The notes under the pieces are model-generated. The model saw only the letters and a list, made by a program, of their open reading frames with translations. It did not search any database and was not told the DNA's origin. From NCBI RefSeq assembly GCF_006345805.1, contig NC_042999.1:144460001-144524000 (forward strand): a stretch of DNA of 64,000 nucleotides, in the 5' to 3' direction. Made by a program: the position numbers and the translations under genes. Numbering within the stretch: the first letter of the stretch is position 1; every line of letters starts with the position of its first letter. Origin of the DNA: Octopus sinensis (lineage: Eukaryota). This document shows, piece by piece, positions 51,619 to 64,000 of this stretch.

Positions 51619-52024
51619 AATGACAAGCAACTGAGACCTTTGGAGATATACTGTGATTGAGAAGACCCAGCAAGTCAAGTGAGATCATAGCTGTGGCCAA
51701 TACCAGTGTTGCATAACCGGCCCATTTAAAAGCACCCTTCAATCATCAAGCAATGAGTCAAGTGAAATCATACTCGTGGCAGATGCCTCACTGGCTCCCA
51801 TGCCAGTGGCACATGAAATACATCATTCAAGCATGATCGATGCCTGGTGACATGTAAAAAGCACCCACTACACTCTTAGAATGGTTGGTGTTAAGAAGGG
51901 CATCTAGCTGTAGAAACCTTGCTAGATCAGATTGGAGTCTGGTGCAATCTTCTGAGTGGCCGGTCCTCAGTCAAACCATCAAACCCATGCCAGCATGGAA
52001 AGCAGACATTAAATGATGATGATT
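51619..52024 (+). mobile_element. 5'-truncated RTE LINE (ORF end + 3' UTR)
   Basis: MTSN*DLWRYTVIEKTQQVK* followed by 2 degenerate units and TTAAATGATGATGAT. Confidence 0.8.
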
Positions 52025-54032
52025 ATTTCAGTTTATTCTCACACAAAGAACAAATTACACTAAATTAAATGATATACAATTATTGTTTCTAACATAAACA
52101 CAAGCTAGAAATTTGGTTATTAGTCAATTATATCAGCTGCAGTAATTGACTGAAAAGTAAAGTTGGCCTTAGAAGAATTTGAGCTCAAAACATAAAGAGC
52201 CATAACAAAATAAAAAGCATTTTGTTTGATGCTGTAATAATTCTGCCAATCCACCACTTGTTTGTAAGTCATGCAAAATAATACATGAAGAGTGGTTTGA
52301 GTTGCTTTTAAGTACTGAGATACAGATAAAATATTTTTAAAATTAAAAATGTATATTAGCATACATTATTTGCTTGTGTGATCAGGAAGTCATGCTGTCT
52401 CCAGTGACTTATTTCCTATGTGAAATACAATAAATTAGGTAATTCAGTTAATGTACTTTATTTGTTATAAGGATTTATGCTTATCATTGGTCATTATGTT
52501 TCATAACAGAAGTTAGATTTACTTTAACCTCTTCAGTATAGAATTTATTAATTGTTGAAGCTAAAACAACAAAAACATTCCAAATTTTAATTGATCAAAG
52601 AAAAAGTAGTACTTTCAACTGTCTCACTCCTTGCATTCTTAAACTAATTTCAGTCCATTAGCTCACCATCAGCATTATTTTATCAACCATCTTTCCATGC
52701 TTCCACATGTTAGACTGAATTCATAGAAGCAGAATTTATTTCTGTGGCTGGATGCCCTTCTTGTCACCTACCCTCACTTTTTTCCATACAAGGTAATATT
52801 TCCCATGGTCAGACAGGTTTTCCACAGAAGATTGGAAATGAAAACATCACTTGTATGAGAGTGATCCTTATTTACAACCATCATATGATGTCAGGACAAG
52901 GGTATTCTGTTTCACATACACACACCAGCATGGAAAATGAATGTTAAATGATATTCACACATATACAACAGGCTTCTTTCAGTTTCCATCTACCAAACCC
53001 ATTCACAAGGCTTTGGTCAACCTAAAGCTATTGTAGAAGACACTTGCCCAAGGTGCTGTTCCGTGGGACTGAACACAAAAACACATTTCTGGAAGGCAAG
53101 CTTCTCAACCACACCACTAACCTTGTGCTTAACATACAGTGGAGATGGGGGGGAATCAAAATATAATCCCTATTATGTTACATATATCAAAAAACTTAAG
53201 GATAAAACAATCACTTGTGTTCTATTGTACAGATCTGATATGTTTCTGTACACTCTTTTCCTCTTTATCTCTTTCTGTGTGTGTGTTCTGAATTCATATC
53301 CTGCTGAGCTCAAATTTACCTTTCATCCTTCAGGGTCAAAAGTAATGATTACTGGAATTATTGGAACTGTTAGAGGGTTAGACAAAATTCTTTGCTGTAT
53401 TTGTATCAACTCTACATGCTGAGGCCACCTGGGACAACTTTGTTGGTGTGCAAAAGAGAGGCTCGTTAATAAATACTGGTGCTGGCCTTCCATATAAATC
53501 TGTGTCCAGGTGCTGATACTTGAACAACCAATATGGTTCCATGACCTCGGTTGAACTGCAGAGGAAGGAGAGATTTTACAATTGTGTAGATATCTGGGCA
53601 CAATACCAACAGCCGATAAGCTAGGTTTCCTCAGACAAGTTTAATGCAAGGGTAGTGAAGGATTTCCAAACATAGGACCAAACAATTCATTATGATAAAA
53701 GATATCTTATTCCCAATTTATGCACTTTCTACTCAAAATATGAACCATGTGAAATATTTTATTCCAGCTCTCAAAAATGGTTTCATTGCTAATGTCATCC
53801 ACATTTGAAATAATGACCTTTAAATTGTATGGTTGTGAGTTCACTGATTCACTAAGAATGTATTGATATGTACCACATGAACTTTGCTCATGAGACCAAA
53901 GTACAATGTGAACTTGCTGCAATAAATATAAATTGGAAATTTTTGCTAACACTACACCAGTCAATATACACTGGGAGCAGCTACTACCTCAATTGATTTC
54001 TGTAATCATAGGCATGTTAACTGGCTTTATTA

Positions 54033-54222
54033 TGTATTTTGTCCATTTAGAACAATTTGAAGATACTTTCATTTTTCAGATAGCAGCTGTTATATCTTTA
54101 TATTCATCATCATCATGGACAACAGACATTAAATGATGATGATGATGATGAATATAAAGATACAACAGCTGCTATCTGAAAGATGAAAGTACCTTCAAAT
54201 TGTTGTAAATGGACATAATACA
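54033..54222. repeat. Fold-back inverted repeat, ~84-bp arms
   Basis: 54033-54116 versus the reverse complement of ~54139-54222: 5 mismatches. The spacer is a retroelement tail remnant (GGACAACAGACATTAAATGATG). Confidence 0.95.
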
Positions 54223-55149
54223 CAGTAAGCTTCAAGCTGATTCTTAGATGCTATGACCATGTTAAAAGACCAGTGGTAGGAGCTGAATGCAGATGAAATT
54301 CAGTTCTTTGCTGTTACCAACAACATAAAAGACTTGTATGCCAGTCTGAGAGAGGTTTACGGTCCTCAGAACAGTCATAATGCATCAATGAAGAGTTAGG
54401 ATAGCTCACAAGAAGAGCAAAAGTAGCTCATGGTACTTAGTAAGTCATGGATTGAGGAAAAACAAAACATAAAGCTGTCAGTAAATGCAAAGTGTACTGA
54501 ATCATAGTGTTATCTAGTCAAAGCCATAGAAAATCAGCCTCGGCAAATTCTGACCCATGCAAGCATGGAAAAGTGAGCATTATAATGATGATAGTACATA
54601 TTCTTCACTGCAAACATCACAGCATTGATATTAGAATACAATTCATATGTAACCAACAATGTTATTGTTCACAAATTGTGATATATAATAAATACTGTGC
54701 AATGATGCCCTAACAATGTTTAGAGATGCCAGTGTTGTTATTTTCTGGATCATGCTTTACCTATTCTTATAGATAATCTGTCAATATTTTTACAGAGCCA
54801 TTATCATTCCAGTTGTACCATTTACAAAATTAGATGAATAATGAACACATTCTTTAACTACCATAATTATTTTCATTCAACAAATTGATGTAAATTCCTT
54901 AGCTTTTTACAACTTCATATTTAGTTGGTATTTATTACTATTATTATTTAAAACATTGAAAAAATTGCTTTGTTGCATTTGTTTTGGCTCTGTACATTCT
55001 TAGTTTAAATTCGACCAATATCAATCTTTGCTTTTCATCCTTCATGGATAATAAAATAAAGTACCAATCAAGAACTGGGACCAGTGATATCAAATACTCT
55101 GACTCCTCTCAAAAATATTACTGGCTTTGTGCTGAAACCAGAAACCGTT

Positions 55150-55690
55150 GGTGTTGTTGTTGTTGTTGTTGTTGTTCAACATTTGGTAGTTTGAGGCAAA
55201 TTTCTACTGCATCCCTTGCTACACCGCCATGTTACTGGGGTGTGTGCAGCATTGTGTGTTCTTTTTTTGTTGTTGGGAGTGTGCAAACTCTTCCCAGTAT
55301 TGTATTGTGTTTTTAGGTGTAGTGCTGTCTTTTGTTGTATTAGTGTTTGTATTGTGTGTCATGTGTGTAATGTGTTGGTTATATGGATTGCTGGTGGTAG
55401 TTTATTTCATTGGATAATTTCTATGTATAGTCTGTCTTGTGTTTGTGAATTGTTTTGTTTAGGTTGTATTTTTGAATTGATAGTGTTTGGCATAGGATGT
55501 GGGCTGTTCCTAACAGGGCTATTTTTTGGATAGTATTAGTGTTAAGGATCTAGGTATAGCTTCTACATTTTTGTTCATAAGTTTGTTTGTTTTTTTATCC
55601 TGCCCAGTGCTTCAGTTATTACTGGTACTGTTTTCACCTTCATGTCCCACATCTTGAATACTTCAATTTTGAGGTTTTTGTTATTATTAT
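55150..55690 (-). mobile_element. 3' remnant of an RLE-endonuclease non-LTR retrotransposon (R4/Dong-like)
   Basis: KNLKIEVFKMWDMKVKTVPVITEALGRIKK and TIQKIALLGTAHILCQTLSIQK match the conserved RLE-element C-terminus. Ends at an (AAC)n tract. Confidence 0.75.
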
Positions 55691-56355
55691 CATGTACTTG
55701 GTGGTCAGGATGATCTTAGACCTATGGGATTCTTTGATTGGTAGCAGCTGGAGGCTCTCCTGTATCAAGAGGACTATATATTTTGTATTCTGTGTTAACT
55801 TTTTATCTCCCTTCACTTTTCTTCCCTCATTTTTTTTTTTATGTAAACCCCCATATAAATTGTAAACTGGTCTAGTAATATTCTCCTCATTAGATACCTC
55901 TGTGGCAAATAAAAGAAATCGTCATCATCATCATAATAATTATTATTATTATTATTAGTTTATGGTATCAGACCACTGGGATGGGACCCTGTTTGTAGTA
56001 ACTAACTCTGCTTGCTCCACTTTACCTGTTTGGACAAAACAAAAAATAGTCTGTACCTCTACCTCACAGTTGGATGTATAGCAGTCAGAAGGGCAGCTAT
56101 CTTTAAAACCTGCAGTATTTCATGCAGGTGTAGAAAAATAAAGATGCTGTTCGGGGGTAGGTTATAGAAAATGATTTACATTTGAATTAACACATGCAAT
56201 TAATGCATACACATACACCCACAGTTTACACATAAAAATACATACCACTACATACTGCACTTAACTCACATAAACACCACTTTGTAAAAGGCAGTTTTTG
56301 TCATTTCTATATAGTCAGTTCTCATTTAAACAAACCAATTCAAATCACAGCTTAC

Positions 56356-56533
56356 CATTATGAGTATATCACTAGGGAGTTCTTCTTCGTAAGTTTCAGA
56401 ATACCTGAAGCATGGTTTCTTCACCGCAACTTCTACAGTGTTGTTAACAATTAGTTTTGGTGGTTGGCTCTCAAACGCTCTGATTTTATCCTTTATTGAA
56501 AGAAGTTCTTCTTGCTCAGGTTCCTGAAGTTTT
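56356..56533 (-). CDS. Uncharacterised acidic protein, exon a (most 5' found)
   Basis: Minus strand: tttttgatag|A AAA CTT to ATA ATG|gtaagc, 178 nt, phase 2 to 0, open. KLQEPEQEELLSIKDKIRAFESQPPKLIVNNTVEVAVKKPCFRYSETYEEELPSDILIM. Confidence 0.8.
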
Positions 56534-56775
56534 CTATCAAAAAGAAGTTAAATGAACAAATAACTAAGATAAAATAAACAAAATGTTGAAAAGGGAAAAA
56601 ATTATTATTAGGTGTGTGTGTGTGTGCATATATACATGCATACATACAGATTGTCTATACAATTGAAAATATCAAACTTGGAAATATGGCTCAAGCAGCT
56701 TCAGTTTTTAATAAACTAGAGGGAGTAGGATCAAACTTAGGTTAGATAGATAGATATAAATGTACATATAATATA

Positions 56776-56940
56776 TTTATTTACTACCCACAAGGGGCTA
56801 AACACAGAGGGGACAAACAAAGACAGACGAACGGATTAAGTCGATTACATCGACCCCAGTGCGTAACTGGTACTTAATTTATCGACCCCGAAAGGATGAA
56901 AGGCAAAGTCAACCTCGGCGGAATTTGAACCCAGAACATA
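56776..56940 (-). mobile_element. tRNA-derived SINE family D, CpG-rich copy
   Basis: GGTTCAAATTCCGCCGAGGTTGACTTTGCCTTTCATCCTTTCGGGGTCGATAAATTAAGTACCAG. Abuts a head-A fragment on the + strand (about 56943-57020). Confidence 0.85.
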
Positions 56941-57991
56941 ATGGCACAAGCATGGCTGTATGGTTAAAAAGTTAACTTTACAACCACATATATGGTCTGG
57001 GGATTCAATTCCACTGCGTTTGTCATGAATGTTTATATTCCACACTTAACCTGTTTGAGCAAAGCACCATTAATGTGAACATCCTTTATTGACTAGTTGC
57101 TCAGCACTTTTGAAAAACCTTTGGAATAAGGCAACAGGAAGAGCATCCTGACCCAAATAATTCTCCATCCAAATCTATGCTAGCATGGAAAAAGAATCAT
57201 TAAACAAATGAATGAATATATAAATGTGTGTGTGTGTGTGTGATGTTCTATCCAAATCACAATTGTATTCTAGTTTTATTATCAAGTTTTGTTTTGTTTT
57301 TTTCATATATTCATGAGTTCATTACTGTTTGCTTGAAAAAGTAAAGTTCCTCAATCTAACATCAATGTTTCTGGGTTATCATACCCTCATAGTCAGTGGA
57401 GTATGATTTGCCCACTTGTTGCTGCCTGTTTTTACTGGGCTGAACCACTATGATTGGTGTATAGATGTAACTGGTGAAATTTGAATCTTGACTTTAAGAT
57501 TTATACATCATCTGTCAAATTTGTATTATATATTATATACACACACACACTCACACACACATGCATTCACATATAAATTCCATAGTTGTCATTTGTTACG
57601 GTTAGTTAGGCATTGGTAAAATCTAAGTTGCTAAGTAAACTTGATATAGGCAGTATCAGCTGACAGAAAACATCTCTCTTTCTCTCTCACTCTCAGTCTC
57701 TCTCTCTCTCTCTCTCTCACTCACACACACATTTCCTATTTCATTCTTTCATCTTCTTAGTCTCTGTACTTTTCTGTCTCACATACTTTCTCTCACTGTT
57801 GTACTTCTTTTCTCTTTCTCTCTCTTCTGCTTTCTCTGTTTCTCCCCATCAGGCATGAGTATATTAATTCAGAGTTTGTTCCATAACTATGTGGTTTCAA
57901 GTTCTGTCTAACCACTAGGCATCTTGGGCAAGTGTCACAGGTCAGTCAATGCCTTTTGAGTGGAATTGATAGACAGAAACTGTATGGAAAT

Positions 57992-58042
<51 letters not shown>

Positions 58043-58049
58043 TTAGCAT

Positions 58050-58440
58050 GTTATGGACTAGTCTTTCTAAAACCTGCTATTAAGGTTATCAAGTATCTTT
58101 TCTCTCTGGCTTTTTCCTTTCAGTTTCCTGGTTGTCACCAAGTGTTCAAAGTTTTTTCTTTACGTATGGTGTCCAGTGAACTGAGCCTGTCTCTTTATGT
58201 TGTTGAGAAACTTTCCAGTAGGTTTTACTTGCCTAAAAACCTCAATGTTTGTCACTCTACCTGCATAGGGCAACTCCAGTATTCTTCTAAGGAACCTCTT
58301 CTCTACAGTATTTATAAAGTAGAGAGTGTTGATCATGAAATGCTTTATCTGTCCTTTCAGTTCTGTTAATACTATTCATAATGATAATTCCAAATACATC
58401 GATCACCTCATGAGTGGACTAGATCTTCCATTTCTTGTTA
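58050..58440 (-). mobile_element. RTE LINE C-terminal fragment
   Basis: FLRRILELPYAGRVTNIEVF...RQAQFTGH...EHLVTTRKLKGKSQREKILDNL, like BovB/RTE C-termini. Confidence 0.75.
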
Positions 58441-60871
58441 GGCAAAAGAATCAGACGTAAACATATATCTGTTTTGTAAATTGAAAATTATGCTATGTTG
58501 TTTAAGTATCAGTTATGGCTATGATCACATTGTTAGCAGCACAGTGGTTGTGCAAAAAAAATTTGGTATGAGTATAGAAATACTACTTAATGAAACATCA
58601 TTATTATGCACCTGGTTATAAAGTTACAATTGTAATAGTAAGTAAATTGATGAAATCAAAATATGATACTGTTACTATTTGTCACATATTTATTTCCTTT
58701 ACTCTTCTTTTTATTTATCATGCTTCATTAAGTTCTGTCAACTCCTTTTTTCCTTCTTCCACATTAGATGTCACCATACTGCGGATTCAGACCTTGTATG
58801 TATATATAATAGACCTCTCTTAATCCCAGACTCTCACCAGTTCATTTACTTCATAATATATCAAACTCCAATTACGTTGCATTGAGTGTTGCGAGGGAGT
58901 ACACATTCCCTATATTAAAACAGTACCAGTACCTCCACACTTCTGTATACTTCTCTTGCCAGAGCAGTATTATTCTTGCTGCAATATTTTTCTAAAGATT
59001 ATTTTATTGACCAGACAAAAACAGGTTGAGACTAAAATGCTGCTATAATTAGCCCTCATCGTACACAAAATTTATCTACTTGACAATATCTTTATCAACA
59101 GTTTACTTGAAATGAGAAATATAGTTCCAAAAGGACTGCTTTTAGGAACAAAAACTAGAACCACTTCTCAACAATGGCACCTTTAACTGCTTTCTGAGAT
59201 ATAAACATTCCTAAAACAAATGAAGGAAAGAGAGCTGGGAAAGTCGGGGAAAGCAAAAATATTATTGAAACACTCCTTTGCTTTCTTCCTAAACTCCTGA
59301 TATATGTGATCATCTAAATTTTATCTCTGCATGAACACTTTGTCCTAATCTAAATCCTACACTCTACATTGATATCATCATCATCACCATTATCACACCT
59401 ACAGTTAACCATATTGTTTGAATATTGAAATGGTTATTCAAGCTTATTACTGACAGTATTTTGTTAACTTGTAGTTCTGAGGCATTATATCATTAATAAG
59501 CACAACAGATTTGGTATCCTAAAATCACCTTGGTAAATGCTTGAACATGTTAAGCTCTGTCCCACCATCATTTTCACTGCTCCCTGTCAAGCTTCCTCCA
59601 AATCTCATTCCCTACACACATCATCTCTTTATCTCTGATATTATTCAGCCACCATAATCACCTGAGAGCAGAATTGGCACATTCTATGCAATCTCACCCC
59701 TTCCTTGTTACATTCTTTTTCCTCCACTCTCTCCAGAACCACTTCTATTCCCCATTATCTTCCTCCACTCATGCTCTCTTCTCTCAACTATATTCCATCC
59801 ATCCTTACACCTCTTTCATCCCCTATCACTCTCAATGCCTTTACATATTTAACATAACTCCATACCCACTGAACCACTCCCATACAACTCACCTTCAATT
59901 ACTACAGCCACCTCGATCCCATCTAATCATTTCCCCTCACATTCTGATGAAATTTTCACCTTTATCCCTCTTGCATCTCTTCTACAACAAGATATCTATT
60001 TCTATCCCTCTATTATTCTTTTAACTTCTCATCTACTGGCACAAAGCCACCTCCCTTAGTACTACTACCTCCAGTTGAGAGGACTTTATCCTGTCTTGCA
60101 AGGTATTTGGTAACCCCACCAGTGCTGGTGCCACAAAAAAAAAAAGCACCTAGTATGCTCTGTAAAGTGGTTGGCATTAGGAAGGGTATCCAGCCATAGA
60201 AACCATGCCAAAATAGACATAGCCTTCCAGCTTGCTAGCACTTGTCAAACCATCCAACTCATGCCAGCATGGAAAGAGAACATTAAATAATGATGATGAC
60301 GACGACAACAATGATGAAGCAGTTCTTTAATTTAAACTTTCCCACAAACAAATCCTAAATACACTTGAGCATACCTAACCAGAAAAGATGTCATTCAACC
60401 ACATAATGCAATGAAAGCTGAGATAACTTTCAATACATCATATTAGAACACACAGTTGGGAAGTGCAAAAATTTCTCCATCCAATACTGTCACCAGTTCA
60501 AGCATTGATCCTTGGATCTCAGTCACTGCAAACCCAAGCTAAATCAAATGCTTGACTCATTTCCTCTCTGCAGAAAAATGCCAATCTTTGGAACACAATG
60601 TGTTCTAGCCCCAAAAGGATATTCTTTTTCACTATGACTGCTACAAACTGTTGCCATTGTACAAGATAACAGAAAGTCATAATCAGCCACTTTCTTTATC
60701 ATTTTATGTCTCATTTCTTTCTTAGTTGGGCCTACCATCTCTCTGTTCTCTACATCAGGCATTATTGCTATACTGCTTCTGGGAATTTTATTCAAAGTAG
60801 TGTTGTAGCATTTGACTGACTGACATAAAAATGTACTATATAACTTCCATCGATGAGCTCCTTCTGTGTGC

Positions 60872-61280
60872 TACTCTTACTCTCTTTTACTTGTTTCAGT
60901 CATTTGACTGTGGCCATGCTGGAGCACCACCTTTAGTCGAGCAAATTGACCCCAGGACTTATTCTTTGTAAGCCTAGTACTTATTCTATCGGTCTGTTTT
61001 GTCGAACCGCTAAGTTACAGGGACGTAAACACACCAGCATCAGTTGTCAAGCGATGTTGTGGGGACAAACACAGACACAAAAACACACACATATATATAT
61101 ATGTACATATACATATATACGACAGACTTCTTTCAGTTTCCATCTACCAAATCCACTCACAAGGCTTTGGTCGGCCCGAGGCTATAGTAGAAGACACTTG
61201 CCCAAGGTGCCACACAGTGGGACTGAACCAGGAACCATGTGGTTGGTAAGCAAGCTACTTACCACACAGCCACTCCTGTG
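60872..61280 (-). mobile_element. Full-length tRNA-derived SINE (head A + body C)
   Basis: Collinear with 41711-42103. Confidence 0.9.
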
Positions 61281-63018
61281 TTGTCAACTAAATTGCAAGT
61301 TTCCAGTCAGACTACTCCACTATAAGAGATATTGAAGAAGATTCAATTACATATCTCCCACACTCTTCCTCTTTGTTAATTCCAACAGAACATATACACT
61401 TCATTCCTCTATCTTTCTACATACAACTGAGCCATCTCACATTAGTTTTTCACTGTTTCTATGAAAATCCATTGCACATATTTTCCAGTAGGTTCAACCA
61501 AAGAAACAGTCTTCCAACACCACATCCTTGCTATTTATGAGTAATGTTCAAACTCACTACTAATGATCTCATGACACTGACACATTTATTAACATTGTTA
61601 AAACATATTTCATCCTGATTCATTTCCTGACCTTCTACAAAGCACAAGTGTAACACATTAAGAGTATTGTTCACATTTTTGGCAGTGTTGATGCTACATG
61701 TGTAGCAATCCTAGGTTACATCCATATAAGTCCATCAGATTAACAAAGATTTTCATCACCCTACAAAAATTAACCACAAATATCCTGTGTCTTTGTTTTC
61801 TACTGCTGCTCCTCTGAAGTGGCAAGCCATGCACTATCTCCACACAAACCAATTTGATGACCCATCTGTCTTCTATTCATCAGCTTTACTTTGTTTTACA
61901 CACCAAATATTTTATCTACTTGATCCTACTTAGAAGTATTGCTTTCTAGCATGCTTACGCTCTTCACATTTTCCTCTATAGTAATCAACCTATTGGAGTT
62001 CAAGATAAACATAAACCACATTTGCCTCACCTGTCTAGGAGAGCCCACAATGGTTATAACCAACACTCTTCTTTCTTCAGTTATATAATTAAACCAGTTA
62101 TCTAATGAAGCATTCAATCATTAAGCAGGTTTATATGGTCTTAATTGAAATTACCCTTTTCAGTATGTGTGTGTGTGTATGTAGTGCAAAGGTTACAAAA
62201 TATACAACAAAGAAGTAAACACTAAAAACAGGATTGGAAATGGGGTGTGGGGAAGAAGGAAATGTCTTTAATGTTTTGAGTATTCACTCTTATTTCCAAA
62301 AGATAGAATAGACATAGAGAGGATAGAATGGAGAAATTGAAATGCACATGTAGCCAACTATCACAGCTTTGTGAATGACCAGCAATAGTTGGGAGGTCAC
62401 TTTAGGTGTTAATAGCAAGGGGAATGATTTTGGGCTCAATGTGTGTGTGTGTGTGTAAGGAATTACCAGCAAAGCAGAAACTGGGGTGTCATTTTTGAGT
62501 CTTATGTCCTATAAGGCTCAGCAAAACAGTCAACAAAGCATCATCCAGTTTGTCCTATGTAAGAAGAGATGTAAAACGAACAGAGAATGCAGTAAATGAA
62601 ATTGCTGGAGATACATGTGAAGGAGTGAATCATGAATTTTTGAAAATATATATTCATATATGTTTGCAAAAGATCCACTCTCTTTTCTCACAAACTCAAA
62701 TTTTCCACTATTTGTGTTCAAGTAACAGTAAGATTTGTAGTAACAGCAAATCATCACTTCAAATGAATAAATTCTACTATATATATTAAGTACACTTTCT
62801 ATGGTTTAACATCCAAACATATATATATAAACAATTTAACATTGAAGGATTACTCAGTACTATTTCATAGAGTACATATTTACTAACTTTTACAAGGAAA
62901 AGTTGGCAGTGATTTCAAAGTTTTTGGTTTGCTTATTATATTCTAATTCTGTTAGTAAATTAGCACATGTGATGCACTCTGTTGGGCAGTTATCACTAAA
63001 AATTGGTATCATTATTAA

Positions 63019-63230
63019 GATAGTAAGCTAGCAGAATCATTAGCATGCTGGACCAAATGCTTTGTAGCATTTCTTCCAGTTTTACAGTCTGAGTTCAAAT
63101 TCTACCAAGGTTGATTTTGTTTTTCATCTTTCCAGGGGTCAATAAAATACCAGTTGAGCACTGAGGTTGATGTAATCAACTGGCCATTTCCCTACTAAAT
63201 TTCAGGCCTTGCCCCTCTAATAGAAAGGAT
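63019..63230 (+). mobile_element. tRNA-derived SINE family D
   Basis: AGCTAGCAGAATCATTAGC...GAGTTCAAATTC...CAGTTGAGCACTGAGG...AAATTTCAGGCCTTG, then (ATT)n. Confidence 0.75.
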
Positions 63231-64000
63231 TATTATTATTGTTATTATCATTACTACTTGAAGAAATATTGCCCTCTGGGTGGTTTTCTGTTACTATATA
63301 TAATCGTGACTTCATTCTGCAGTCATAGTTAGAAAGAGCATTCAATGAGTACATGGTTTGTAGAGCAATTAATTTGAGTTGGATTATGGTGAGAGAGAGA
63401 GAATAATGCGGAGCTAACAAAATGTTGTGCTTTAGTTGCCTTTATAGCTGTTCTCTCATCTGTCCTCTGTGTGTATGTGAACAATAAGGCTTCGTACACT
63501 GGGATAGGCTAGTTCCTTGTCCACTGAATTTTGGAGACACATCAGCTTTCTTTGTCTGGTTTTGCTTGCCAGTTAAAACCATTTATCAGATTGTGGTGGC
63601 TGCTGCATCTGTTTTTTTACAGATTAATGCTTAGTTGCATCACAAATATTATTTTCTAATTAATTATGGGAGAGGAGTACTGTGAAAATATTGCATATAT
63701 GTTGGTCAAGTCAGTTCCTGAGCAACTAGTCCATAATCATATTTCGGATGATGGTTTATAGTTTTGCAAAATATAAGTTACTTATTCAATCTTAAACATT
63801 TTTGTTTTGCTTTTGTGTTGCTCTCTTCAATTTTAAATATATATTTATGTAAAAACTAAGAAAGTTTATGACCCAGTTTCAATTTCCCAGCTGGGCAATT
63901 ACTCTATTTTAACAAGTAGCCATTCCCTAAGAAGGCTATGAACATCACAATTTGCCATTACTCGTCTATGTTTTAGGATTTATGAATTTATAGTAAAGAA

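Noticed and set aside
55216-55533. Cys/hydrophobic-rich ORFs resembling membrane proteins, and SLSLSL/ERERER/YIYIYI ORFs elsewhere
   Set aside because: Antisense reading of a TG-rich LINE 3' UTR or of microsatellites.
61926-62117. Upstream exon of the minus gene (CAG|GTGAGG near 62030)
   Set aside because: The open frame ends in phase 0 whereas exon a needs phase 2, and there is no clear acceptor. Cannot be excluded if intervening exons exist.

Overview
AT-rich, repeat-dense animal genomic DNA. The repeat landscape (tRNA-derived SINEs, RTE LINE 3' ends with (ATG)n tails, long TC/TA microsatellites) fits a coleoid cephalopod, probably an octopus; this is an inference. Two genes can be built by hand. 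(1) ASH2L, the Set1/COMPASS H3K4 methyltransferase subunit, on the + strand: nine phase-consistent coding exons from 3230 to 27588 (337 codons), covering the winged-helix end, linker and most of the SPRY domain. Its 5' exons lie before the window, and I could not find its last exons (SPRY end, DPY30-binding tail) in the remaining 36 kb. (2) An unrecognised - strand gene: eight phase-consistent exons from 56533 to a stop at 36084, giving 394 aa of very acidic, low-complexity C-terminus ending in QTKL*. It may be nested in an ASH2L intron. Most ORFs in the supplied track are repeat artefacts. Introns hold decayed maT/Tc1-mariner and hAT-Charlie transposons, piggyBac-type MITEs, RTE and RLE-type LINE fragments, and modular SINEs. 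Most notable: two unrelated repeat families with minimal hammerhead-ribozyme cores (one linked to a tRNA-like Pol III head), a candidate in-frame 96-nt ASH2L cassette exon, a ~190-nt fold-back hairpin, a perfect 46-bp inverted duplication, and a 62-bp stem-loop VNTR in RTE 3' UTRs. All work was by eye; no alignment, folding or database search was run.
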